Assembly (NCBI GenBank): GCA_964057225.1
Contig: OZ059896.1
Span: 22,134,001 to 22,198,000 of the forward strand
Source: Auanema rhodensis
Taxonomy: Eukaryota; Animalia; Nematoda
Direction: 5' to 3'
Length of the DNA: 64,000 bases
The translations under genes were made by a program, and so were the position numbers. Shown here in pieces: positions 1 to 12,300 of the stretch (the stretch's first letter is position 1; each line of letters begins with the position of its first letter). Below the pieces are notes generated by a model. It worked only from the letters and a program-made list of their open reading frames with translations, made no database searches and was not told where the DNA came from.

Positions 1-16
1 AATGTTTTTGGAAGCA

Positions 17-44
17 ATGTTGAGTGTACATGGAAACTCAACAT
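17..44. other. Dyad element 1 of each monomer: near-perfect 28-bp palindrome
   Basis: ATGTTGAGT (17-25) / ACTCAACAT (36-44) are perfect 9-bp arms. The spacer GTACATGGAA is 2 substitutions from the palindrome TTCCATGGAA. Confidence 0.9.
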
Positions 45-118
45 ACACTAATGCATCATTTTTCAAACGATCATAACTAATTTTTGTATTAAGCGTTTCT
101 CAATGTAGTATAGTGCAT

Positions 119-185
119 TCGATGCGGATTTTTAAGCTGCGTCGATCTGTGTTATCAGATTTGCGCTAGCTTAAAAATGCACCGA
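119..185. other. Dyad element 2 of each monomer: ~67-bp imperfect hairpin
   Basis: ATTTTTAAGCT (128-138) / AGCTTAAAAAT (168-178) perfect 11 bp; GCG (139-141) / CGC (164-166); ATCTG (145-149) / CAGAT (156-160); loop TGTTAT; outer TCGATGC (119-125) / GCACCGA (179-185) with 1 mismatch. Confidence 0.88.
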
Positions 186-195
186 GATATCAACT

Positions 196-217
196 GATAT
201 AAGTTCACACTTATATC
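196..217. other. Dyad element 3 of each monomer: 9-bp stem, 4-nt loop
   Basis: GATATAAGT-TCAC-ACTTATATC; extends to 10 bp in monomers carrying A at p218. Confidence 0.9.
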
Positions 218-280
218 ATCGATTTTCACCCTGAAGAATTAATTTTTTCGTTGAATAACATTGTCCATCGTCTTTGCCTT

Positions 281-360
281 AAAAAAAGGAATCTAAAAAC
301 ATCTACTTTTTGCTAAATTATTTTGAAATTTTTCGAAAAAATTTTTGTCAAAATGTTTTT
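281..360. other. A/T-tract block containing dyad element 4, spanning the arbitrary monomer junction
   Basis: Nine A or T runs of 4-7 nt in 80 bp. Palindromes TTTTTCGAAAAA (329-340) and AAAAATTTTT (337-346); inverted pairs ATTTTGA (320-326) / TCAAAAT (348-354) and AAAAACAT (295-302) / ATGTTTTT (353-360). Confidence 0.8.
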
Positions 361-3300
361 GGAAGCAATGTTGAGTGTACATGGAAACTCAACATACACT
401 AATGCATCATTTTTCAAACGATCATAACTAATTTTTGTATTAAGCGTTTCTCAATGTAGTATAGTGCATTCGATGCGGATTTTTAAGCTGCGTCGATCTG
501 TGTTATCAGATTTGCGCTAGCTTAAAAATGCACCGAGATATCAACTGATATAAGTTCACACTTATATCCTCGATTTTCACCCTGAAGAATTAATTTTTTC
601 GTAGAATAACATTGTCCATCGTCTTTGCCTTGAAAAAAGGAATCTAAAAACATCTACTTTTTGCTAAATTATTTTGAAATTTTTCGAAAAAATTTTTGTC
701 AAAATGTTTTTGGAAGCAATGTTGAGTGTACATGGAAACTCAACATACACTAATGCATCATTTTCCAAACGATCATAACTAATTTTTGTATTAAGCGTTT
801 CTCAATGTAGTATAGTGCATTCGATGCGGATTTTTAAGCTGCGTCGATCTGTGTTATCAGATTTGCGCTAGCTTAAAAATGCACCGATATATCAACTGAT
901 ATAAGTTCACACTTATATCCTCGATTTTCACCCTGAAGAATTAATTTTTTCGTAGAATAACATTGTCCATCGTCTTTGCCTTGAAAAAAGGAATCTAAAA
1001 ACATCTACTTTTTGCTAAATTATTTTGAAATTTTTCGAAAAAATTTTTGTCAAAATGTTTTTGGAAGCAATGTTGAGTGTACATGGAAACTCAACATACA
1101 CTAATGCATCATTTTTCAAACGATCATAACTAATTTTTGTATTAAGCGTTTCTCAATGTAGTATAGTGCATTCGATGCGGATTTTTAAGCTGCGTCGATC
1201 TGTGTTATCAGATTTGCGCTAGCTTAAAAATGCACCGAGATATCAACTGATATAAGTTCACACTTATATCATCGATTTTCACCCTGAAGAATTAATTTTT
1301 TCGTTGAATAACATTGTCCATCGTCTTTGCCTTAAAAAAAGGAATCTAAAAACATCTACTTTTTGCTAAATTAATTTGAAATTTTTCGAAAAAATTTTTG
1401 TCAAAATGTTTTTGGAAGCAATGTTGAGTGTACATGGAAACTCAACATACACTAATGCATCATTTTTCAAACGATCATAACTAATTTTTGTATTAAGCGT
1501 TTCTCAATGTAGTATAGTGCATTCGATGCGGATTTTTAAGCTGCGTCGATCTGTGTTATCAGATTTGCGCTAGCTTAAAAATGCACCGAGATATCAACTG
1601 ATATAAGTTCACACTTATATCATCGATTTTCACCCTGAAGAATTAATTTTTTCGTTGAATAACATTGTCCATCGTCTTTGCCTTAATAAAAGGAATCTAA
1701 AAACATCTACTTTTTGCTAAATTAATTTGAAATTTTTCGAAAAAATTTTTGTCAAAATGTTTTTGGAAGCAATGTTGAGTGTACATGGAAACTCAACATA
1801 CACTAATGCATCATTTTTCAAACGATCATAACTAATTTTTGTATTAAGCGTTTCTCAATGTAGTATAGTGCATTCGATGCGGATTTTTAAGCTGCGTCGA
1901 TCTGTGTTATCAGATTTGCGCTAGCTTAAAAATGCACCGAGATATCAACTGATATAAGTTCACACTTATATCATCGATTTTCACCCTGAAGAATTAATTT
2001 TTTCGTTGAATAACATTGTCCATCGTCTTTGCCTTAAAAAAAGGAATCTAAAAACATCTACTTTTTGCTAAATTATTTTGAAAGTTTTCGAAAAAATTTT
2101 TGTCAAAATGTTTTTGGAAGCAATGTTGATTGTACATGGAAACTCAACATACACTAATGCATCATTTTTCAAACGATCATAACTAATTTTTGTATTAAGC
2201 GTTTCTCAATGTAGTATAGTGCTTTTGATGCGGATTTTTAAGCTGCGTCGATCTGTGTTATCAGATTTGCGCTAGCTTAAAAATGCACCGAGATATCAAC
2301 TGATATAAGTTCACACTTATATCATCGATTTTCACCCTGAAGAATTAATTTTTTCGTTGAATAACATTGTCCATCGTCTTTGCCTTAAAAAAAAGAATCT
2401 AAAAACATCTACTTTTTGCTAAATTATTTTGAAATTTTTCGAAAAAATTTTTGTCAAAATGTTTTTGGAAGCAATGTTGATTGTACATGGAAACTCAACA
2501 TACACTAATGCATCATTTTTCAAACAATCATAACTAATTTTTGTATTAAGCGTTTTTCAATGTAGTATAGTGCATTCGATGCGGATTTTTAAGCTGCGTC
2601 GATCTGTGTTATCAGATTTGCGCTAGCTTAAAAATGCACCGAGATATCAACTGATATAAGTTCACACTTATATCATCGATTTTCACCCTGAAGAATTAAT
2701 TTTTTCGTTGAATAACATTGTCCATCGTCTTTGCCTTAAAAAAAGGAATCTAAAAACATCTACTTTTTGCTAAATTATTTTGAAATTTTTCGAAAAAATT
2801 TTTGTCAAAATGTTTTTGGAAGCAATGTTGAGTGTACATGGAAACTCAACATACACTAATGCATCATTTTTCAAACGATCATAACTAATTTTTGTATTAA
2901 GCGTTTCTCAATGTAGTATAGTGCATTCGATGCGGATTTTTAAGCTGCGTCGATCTGTGTTATCAGATTTGCGCTAGCTTAAAAATGCACCGAGATATCA
3001 ACTGATATAAGTTCACACTTATATCCTCGATTTTCACCCTGAAGAATTAATTTTTTCGTAGAATAACATTGTCCATCGTCTTTGCCTTGAAAAAAGGAAT
3101 CTAAAAACATCTACTTTTTGCTAAATTATTTTGAAATTTTTCGAAAAAATTTTTGTCAAAATGTTTTTGGAAGCAATGTTGAGTGTACATGGAAACTCAA
3201 CATACACTAATGCATCATTTTCCAAACGATCATAACTAATTTTTGTATTAAGCGTTTCTCAATGTAGTATAGTGCATTCGATGCGGATTTTTAAGCTGCG

Positions 3301-6300
3301 TCGATCTGTGTTATCAGATTTGCGCTAGCTTAAAAATGCACCGATATATCAACTGATATAAGTTCACACTTATATCCTCGATTTTCACCCTGAAGAATTA
3401 ATTTTTTCGTAGAATAACATTGTTCATCGTCTTTGCCTTGAAAAAAGGAATCTAAAAACATCTACTTTTTGCTAAATTATTTTGAAATTTTTCGAAAAAA
3501 TTTTTGTCAAAATGTTTTTGGAAGCAATGTTGAGTGTACATGGAAACTCAACATACACTAATGCATCATTTTTCAAACGATCATAACTAATTTTTGTATT
3601 AAGCGTTTCTCAATGTAGTATAGTGCATTCGATGCGGATTTTTAAGCTGCGTCGATCTGTGTTATCAGATTTGCGCTAGCTTAAAAATGCACCGAGATAT
3701 CAACTGATATAAGTTCACACTTATATCATCGATTTTCACCCTGAAGAATTAATTTTTTCGTTGAATAACATTGTCCATCGTCTTTGCCTTAAAAAAAGGA
3801 ATCTAAAAACATCTACTTTTTGCTAAATTAATTTGAAATTTTTCGAAAAAATTTTTGTCAAAATGTTTTTGGAAGCAATGTTGAGTGTACATGGAAACTC
3901 AACATACACTAATGCATCATTTTTCAAACGATCATAACTAATTTTTGTATTAAGCGTTTCTCAATGTAGTATAGTGCATTCGATGCGGATTTTTAAGCTG
4001 CGTCGATCTGTGTTATCAGATTTGCGCTAGCTTAAAAATGCACCGAGATATCAACTGATATAAGTTCACACTTATATCATCGATTTTCACCCTGAAGAAT
4101 TAATTTTTTCGTTGAATAACATTGTCCATCGTCTTTGCCTTAATAAAAGGAATCTAAAAACATCTACTTTTTGCTAAATTAATTTGAAATTTTTCGAAAA
4201 AATTTTTGTCAAAATGTTTTTGGAAGCAATGTTGAGTGTACATGGAAACTCAACATACACTAATGCATCATTTTTCAAACGATCATAACTAATTTTTGTA
4301 TTAAGCGTTTCTCAATGTAGTATAGTGCATTCGATGCGGATTTTTAAGCTGCGTCGATCTGTGTTATCAGATTTGCGCTAGCTTAAAAATGCACCGAGAT
4401 ATCAACTGATATAAGTTCACACTTATATCATCGATTTTCACCCTGAAGAATTAATTTTTTCGTTGAATAACATTGTCCATCGTCTTTGCCTTAAAAAAAG
4501 GAATCTAAAAACATCTACTTTTTGCTAAATTATTTTGAAAGTTTTCGAAAAAATTTTTGTCAAAATGTTTTTGGAAGCAATGTTGATTGTACATGGAAAC
4601 TCAACATACACTAATGCATCATTTTTCAAACGATCATAACTAATTTTTGTATTAAGCGTTTCTCAATGTAGTATAGTGCTTTTGATGCGGATTTTTAAGC
4701 TGCGTCGATCTGTGTTATCAGATTTGCGCTAGCTTAAAAATGCACCGAGATATCAACTGATATAAGTTCACACTTATATCATCGATTTTCACCCTGAAGA
4801 ATTAATTTTTTCGTTGAATAACATTGTCCATCGTCTTTGCCTTAAAAAAAAGAATCTAAAAACATCTACTTTTTGCTAAATTATTTTGAAATTTTTCGAA
4901 AAAATTTTTGTCAAAATGTTTTTGGAAGCAATGTTGATTGTACATGGAAACTCAACATACACTAATGCATCATTTTTCAAACAATCATAACTAATTTTTG
5001 TATTAAGCGTTTTTCAATGTAGTATAGTGCATTCGATGCGGATTTTTAAGCTGCGTCGATCTGTGTTATCAGATTTGCGCTAGCTTAAAAATGCACCGAG
5101 ATATCAACTGATATAAGTTCACACTTATATCCTCGATTTTCACCCTGAAGAATTAATTTTTTCGTTGAATAACATTGTCCATCGTCTTTGCCTTGAAAAA
5201 AGGAATCTAAAAACATCTACTTTTTGCTAAATTATTTTGAAATTTTTCGAAAAAATTTTTGTCAAAATGTTTTTGGAAGCAATGTTGAGTGTACATGGAA
5301 ACTCAACATACACTAATGCATCATTTTTCAAACGATCATAACTAATTTTTGTATTAAGCGTTTCTCAATGTAGTATAGTGCATTCGATGCGGATTTTTAA
5401 GCTGCGTCGATCTGTGTTATCAGATTTGCGCTAGCTTAAAAATGCACCGAGATATCAACTGATATAAGTTCACACTTATATCATCGATTTTCACCCTGAA
5501 GAATTAATTTTTTCGTTGAATAACATTGTCCATCGTCTTTGCCTTAAAAAAAGGAATCTAAAAACATCTACTTTTTGCTAAATTAATTTGAAATTTTTCG
5601 AAAAAATTTTTGTCAAAATGTTTTTGGAAGCAATGTTGAGTGTACATGGAAACTCAACATACACTAATGCATCATTTTTCAAACGATCATAACTAATTTT
5701 TGTATTAAGCGTTTCTCAATGTAGTATAGTGCATTCGATGCGGATTTTTAAGCTGCGTCGATCTGTGTTATCAGATTTGCGCTAGCTTAAAAATGCACCG
5801 ATATATCAACTGATATAAGTTCACACTTATATCCTCGATTTTCACCCTGAAGAATTAATTTTTTCGTAGAATAACATTGTCCATCGTCTTTGCCTTGAAA
5901 AAAGGAATCTAAAAACATCTACTTTTTGCTAAATTATTTTGAAATTTTTCGAAAAAATTTTTGTCAAAATGTTTTTGGAAGCAATGTTGAGTGTACATGG
6001 AAACTCAACATACACTAATGCATCATTTTTCAAACGATCATAACTAATTTTTGTATTAAGCGTTTCTCAATGTAGTATAGTGCATTCGATGCGGATTTTT
6101 AAGCTGCGTCGATCTGTGTTATCAGATTTGCGCTAGCTTAAAAATGCACCGAGATATCAACTGATATAAGTTCACACTTATATCCTCGATTTTCACCCTG
6201 AAGAATTGATTTTTTCGTTGAATAACATTGTCCATCGTTTTTGCCTTGAAAAAAGAAATCTAAAAACATCTACTTTTTGCTAAATTATTTTGAAATTTTT

Positions 6301-9300
6301 CGAAAAAATTTTTGTCAAAATGTTTTTGGAAGCAATGTTGATTGTACATGGAAACTCAACATACACTAATGCATCATTTTTCAAACAATCATAACTAATT
6401 TTTGTATTAAGCGTTTTTCAATGTAGTATAATGCATTCGATGCGGATTTTTAAGCTGCGTCGATCTGTGTTATCAGATTTGCGCTAGCTTAAAAATGCAC
6501 CGAGATATCAACTGATATAAGTTCACACTTATATCCTCGATTTTCACCCTGAAGAATTAATTTTTTCGTTGAATAACATTGTCCATCGTCTTTGCCTTGA
6601 AAAAAGGAATCTAAAAACATCTACTTTTTGCTAAATTATTTTGAAATTTTTCGAAAAAATTTTTGTCAAAATGTTTTTGGAAGCAATGTTGAGTGTACAT
6701 GGAAACTCAACATACACTAATGCATCATTTTTCAAACGATCATAACTAATTTTTGTATTAAGCGTTTCTCAATGTAGTATAGTGCATTCGATGCGGATTT
6801 TTAAGCTGCGTCGATCTGTGTTATCAGATTTGCGCTAGCTTAAAAATGCACCGATATATCAACTGATATAAGTTCACACTTATATCCTCGATTTTCACCC
6901 TGAAGAATTAATTTTTTCGTAGAATAACATTGTCCATCGTCTTTGCCTTGAAAAAAGGAATCTAAAAACATCTACTTTTTGCTAAATTATTTTGAAATTT
7001 TTCGAAAAAATTTTTGTCAAAATGTTTTTGGAAGCAATGTTGAGTGTACATGGAAACTCAACATACACTAATGCATCATTTTTCAAACGATCATAACTAA
7101 TTTTTGTATTAAGCGTTTCTCAATGTAGTATAGTGCATTCGATGCGGATTTTTAAGCTGCGTCGATCTGTGTTATCAGATTTGCGCTAGCTTAAAAATGC
7201 ACCGAGATATCAACTGATATAAGTTCACACTTATATCCTCGATTTTCACCCTGAAGAATTAATTTTTTCGTTGAATAACATTGTCCATCGTCTTTGCCTT
7301 GAAAAAAGGAATCTAAAAACATCTACTTTTTGCTAAATTATTTTGAAATTTTTCGAAAAAATTTTTGTCAAAATGTTTTTGGAAGCAATGTTGAGTGTAC
7401 ATGGAAACTCAACATACACTAATGCATCATTTTTCAAACGATCATAACTAATTTTTGTATTAAGCGTTTCTCAATGTAGTATAGTGCATTCGATGCGGAT
7501 TTTTAAGCTGCGTCGATCTGTGTTATCAGATTTGCGCTAGCTTAAAAATGCACCGAGATATCAACTGATATAAGTTCACACTTATATCCTCGATTTTCAC
7601 CCTGAAGAATTAATTTTTTCGTAGAATAACATTGTCCATCGTCTTTGCCTTGAAAAAAGGAATCTAAAAACATCTACTTTTTGCTAAATTATTTTGAAAT
7701 TTTTCGAAAAAATTTTTGTCAAAATGTTTTTGGAAGCAATGTTGAGTGTACATGGAAACTCAACATACACTAATGCATCATTTTTCAAACGATCATAACT
7801 AATTTTTGTATTAAGCGTTTCTCAATGTAGTATAGTGCATTCGATGCGGATTTTTAAGCTGCGTCGATCTGTGTTATCAGATTTGCGCTAGCTTAAAAAT
7901 GCACCGATATATCAACTGATATAAGTTCACACTTATATCCTCGATTTTCACCCTGAAGAATTAATTTTTTCGTAGAATAACATTGTCCATCGTCTTTGCC
8001 TTGAAAAAAGGAATCTAAAAACATCTACTTTTTGCTAAATTATTTTGAAATTTTTCGAAAAAATTTTTGTCAAAATGTTTTTGGAAGCAATGTTGAGTGT
8101 ACATGGAAACTCAACATACACTAATGCATCATTTTTCAAACGATCATAACTAATTTTTGTATTAAGCGTTTCTCAATGTAGTATAGTGCATTCGATGCGG
8201 ATTTTTAAGCTGCGTCGATCTGTGTTATCAGATTTGCGCTAGCTTAAAAATGCACCGAGATATCAACTGATATAAGTTCACACTTATATCCTCGATTTTC
8301 ACCCTGAAGAATTGATTTTTTCGTTGAATAACATTGTCCATCGTTTTTGCCTTGAAAAAAGAAATCTAAAAACATCTACTTTTTGCTAAATTATTTTGAA
8401 ATTTTTCGAAAAAATTTTTGTCAAAATGTTTTTGGAAGCAATGTTGATTGTACATGGAAACTCAACATACACTAATGCATCATTTTTCAAACAATCATAA
8501 CTAATTTTTGTATTAAGCGTTTTTCAATGTAGTATAGTGCATTCGATGCGGATTTTTAAGCTGCGTCGATCTGTGTTATCAGATTTGCGCTAGCTTAAAA
8601 ATGCACCGAGATATCAACTGATATAAGTTCACACTTATATCCTCGATTTTCACCCTGAAGAATTAATTTTTTCGTTGAATAACATTGTCCATCGTCTTTG
8701 CCTTGAAAAAAGGAATCTAAAAACAACTACTTTTTGCTAAATTATTTTGAAATTTTTCGAAAAAATTTTTGTCAAAATGTTTTTGGAAGCAATGTTGAGT
8801 GTACATGGAAACTCAACATACACTAATGCATCATTTTTTAAACGATCATAACTAATTTTTGTATTAAGCGTTTCTCAATGTAGTATAGTGCATTCGATGC
8901 GGATTTTTAAGCTGCGTCGATCTGTGTTATCAGATTTGCGCTAGCTTAAAAATGCACCGAGATATCAACTGATATAAGTTCACACTTATATCCTCGATTT
9001 TCACCCTGAAGAATTAATTTTTTCGTTGAATAACATTGTCCATCGTCTTTGCCTTGAAAAAAGGAATCTAAAAACAACTACTTTTTGCTAAATTATTTTG
9101 AAATTTTTCGAAAAACTTTTTGTCAAAATGTTTTTGGAAGCAATGTTGAGTGTACATGGAAACTCAACATACACTAATGCATCATTTTTCAAACGATCAT
9201 AACTAATTTTTGTATTAAGCGTTTCTCAATGTAGTATAGTGCATTCGATGCGGATTTTTAAGCTGCGTCGATCTGTGTTATCAGATTTGCGCTAGCTTAA

Positions 9301-12300
9301 AAATGCACCGAGATATCAACTGATATAAGTTCACACTTATATCCTCGATTTTCACCCTGAAGAATTAATTTTTTCGTCGAATAACATTGTCCATCGTCTT
9401 TGCCTTAAAAAAAGGAATCTAAAAACATCTACTTTTTGCTAAATTATTCTGAAATTTTTTGAAAACATTTTTGTCAAAATGTTTTTGGAAGCAATGTTGA
9501 TTGTACATGGAAACTCAACATACACTAATGCATCATTTTTCAAACGATCATAACTAATTTTTGTATTAAGCGTTTCTCAATGTAGTATAGTGCATTTGAT
9601 GCGGATTTTTAAGCTGCGTCGATCTGTGTTATCAGATTTGCGCTAGCTTAAAAATGCACCGAGATATCAACTGATATAAGTTCACACTTATATCCTCGAT
9701 TTTCACCCTGAAGAATTGATTTTTTCGTTGAATAACATTGTCCATCGTTTTTGCCTTGAAAAAAGAAATCTAAAAACATCTACTTTTTGCTAAATTATTC
9801 TGAAATTTTTCGAAAAAAGTTTTGTCAAAATGTTTTTGGAAGCAATGTTGATTGTACATGGAAACTCAACATACACTAATGCATCATTTTTCAAACGATC
9901 ATAACTAATTTTTGTATTAAGCGTTTCTCAATGTAGTATAGTGCATTCGATGCGGATATTTAAGCTGCGTCGATCTGTGTTATCAGATTTGCGCTAGCTT
10001 AAAAATGCACCGAGATATCAACTGATATAAGTTCACACTTATATCCTCGATTTTCACCCTGAAGAATTAATTTTTTCGTTGAATAACATTGTCCATCGTC
10101 TTTGCCTTGAAAAAAGGAATCTAAAAACAACTACTTTTTGCTAAATTATTTTGAAATTTTTCGAAAAAATTTTTGTCAAAATGTTTTTGGAAGCAATGTT
10201 GAGTGTACATGGAAACTCAACATACACTAATGCATCATTTTTCAAACGATCATAACTAATTTTTGTATTAAGCGTTTCTCAATGTAGTATAGTGCATTCG
10301 ATGCGGATTTTTAAGCTGCGTCGATCTGTGTTATCAGATTTGCGCTAGCTTAAAAATGCACCGAGATATCAACTGATATAAGTTCACACTTATATCCTCG
10401 ATTTTCACCCTGAAGAATTGATTTTTTCGTTGAATAACATTGTCCATCGTTTTTGCCTTGAAAAAAGAAATCTAAAAACATCTACTTTTTGCTAAATTAT
10501 TCTGAAATTTTTCGAAAAAAGTTTTGTCAAAATGTTTTTGGAAGCAATGTTGATTGTACATGGAAACTCAACATACACTAATGCATCATTTTTCAAACGA
10601 TCATAACTAATTTTTGTATTAAGCGTTTCTCAATGTAGTATAGTGCATTCGATGCGGATTTTTAAGCTGCGTCGATCTGTGTTATCAGATTTGCGCTAGC
10701 TTAAAAATGCACCGAGATATCAACTGATATAAGTTCACACTTATATCCTCGATTTTCACCCTGAAGAATTAATTTTTTCGTAGAATAACATTGTCCATCG
10801 TCTTTGCCTTGAAAAAAGGAATCTAAAAACATCTACTTTTTGCTAAATTATTTTGAAATTTTTCGAAAAAATTTTTGTTAAAATGTTTTTGGAAGCAATG
10901 TTGAGTGTACATGGAAACTCAACATACACTAATGCATCATTTTTCAAACGATCATAACTAATTTTTGTATTAAGCGTTTCTCAATGTAGTATAGTGCATT
11001 CGATGCGGATATTTAAGCTGCGTCGATCTGTGTTATCAGATTTGCGCTAGCTTAAAAATGCACCGAGATATCAACTGATATAAGTTCACACTTATATCCT
11101 CGATTTTCACCCTGAAGAATTAATTTTTTCGTTGAATAACATTGTCCATCGTCTTTGCCTTGAAAAAAGGAATCTAAAAACAACTACTTTTTGCTAAATT
11201 ATTTTGAAATTTTTCGAAAAAATTTTTGTCAAAATGTTTTTGGAAGCAATGTTGAGTGTACATGGAAACTCAACATACACTAATGCATCATTTTTCAAAC
11301 GATCATAACTAATTTTTGTATTAAGCGTTTCTCAATGTAGTATAGTGCATTCGATGCGGATTTTTAAGCTGCGTCGATCTGTGTTATCAGATTTGCGCTA
11401 GCTTAAAAATGCACCGAGATATCAACTGATATAAGTTCACACTTATATCCTCGATTTTCACCCTGAAGAATTGATTTTTTCGTTGAATAACATTGTCCAT
11501 CGTTTTTGCCTTGAAAAAAGAAATCTAAAAACATCTACTTTTTGCTAAATTATTTTGAAATTTTTCGAAAAAATTTTTGTCAAAATGTTTTTGGAAGCAA
11601 TGTTGATTGTACATGGAAACTCAACATACACTAATGCATCATTTTTCAAACGATCATAACTAATTTTTGTATTAAGCGTTTCTCAATGTAGTATAGTGCA
11701 TTCGATGCGGATTTTTAAGCTGCGTCGATCTGTGTTATCAGATTTGCGCTAGCTTAAAAATGAACCGAGATATCAACTGATATAAGTTCACACTTATATC
11801 CTCGATTTTCACCCTGAAGAATTAATTTTTTCGTTGAATAACATTGTCCATCGTCTTTGCCTTGAAAAAAGGAGTCTAAAAACAACTACTTTTTGCTAAA
11901 TTATTTTGAAATTTTTCGAAAAAATTTTTGTCAAAATGTTTTTGGAAGCAATGTTGAGTGTACATGGAAACTCAACATACACTAATGCATCATTTTTCAA
12001 ACGATCATAACTAATTTTTGTATTAAGCGTTTCTCAATGTAGTATAGTGCATTCGATGCGGATTTTTAAGCTGCGTCGATCTGTGTTATCAGATTTGCGC
12101 TAGCTTAAAAATGCACCGAGATATCAACTGATATAAGTTCACACTTATATCCTCGATTTTCACCCTGAAGAATTGATTTTTTCGTTGAATAACATTGTCC
12201 ATCGTTTTTGCCTTGAAAAAAGAAATCTAAAAACATCTACTTTTTGCTAAATTATTTTGAAATTTTTCGAAAAAATTTTTGTCAAAATGTTTTTGGAAGC

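Larger units (their letters stand above)
100..5131. repeat. 7-monomer (2457-bp) tandem duplication
   Basis: Rare variants recur at +2457: 765/3222 (p63C), 1687/4144 (p283T), 2223/4680 (p117T). M2-M7 match M9-M14 except one SNP (p265T in M10). Confidence 0.9.

Noticed and set aside
146-217. Duplication breakpoints (M8 p100-217, M58 p146-265) overlap hairpins 2-3, suggesting a recombination hotspot
   Set aside because: The intervals are wide and coincide with the marker-poor part of the monomer, so overlap is expected by ascertainment.
246-262. TTTCGTTGAATAACATT resembles the start of a CENP-B box
   Set aside because: Only 5 of 9 core bases match (TTCG and A); the CGGG half is absent.
231-284. 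CTGAAGA matches the hammerhead core CUGANGA, with GAAA motifs downstream; some animal satellites do encode hammerheads
   Set aside because: No stem II or stem I can be formed with any GAAA I tried, and the only good stem III candidate (dyad 1) gives a non-cleavable GUG triplet. An Infernal search with Rfam hammerhead models on a monomer dimer would settle it.
1-351. Monomer as an ancient dimer of ~175-bp halves, and 351 being a multiple of 3
   Set aside because: The halves share only AATG at their starts with no convincing alignment by eye. No reading frame stays open across monomers, so it is not a coding repeat.
1-351. 5S rRNA, tRNA, snRNA or spliced-leader tandem gene unit
   Set aside because: No recognisable 5S, cloverleaf, Pol III A/B box or spliced-leader sequence. 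A cmscan against Rfam would be the formal test.
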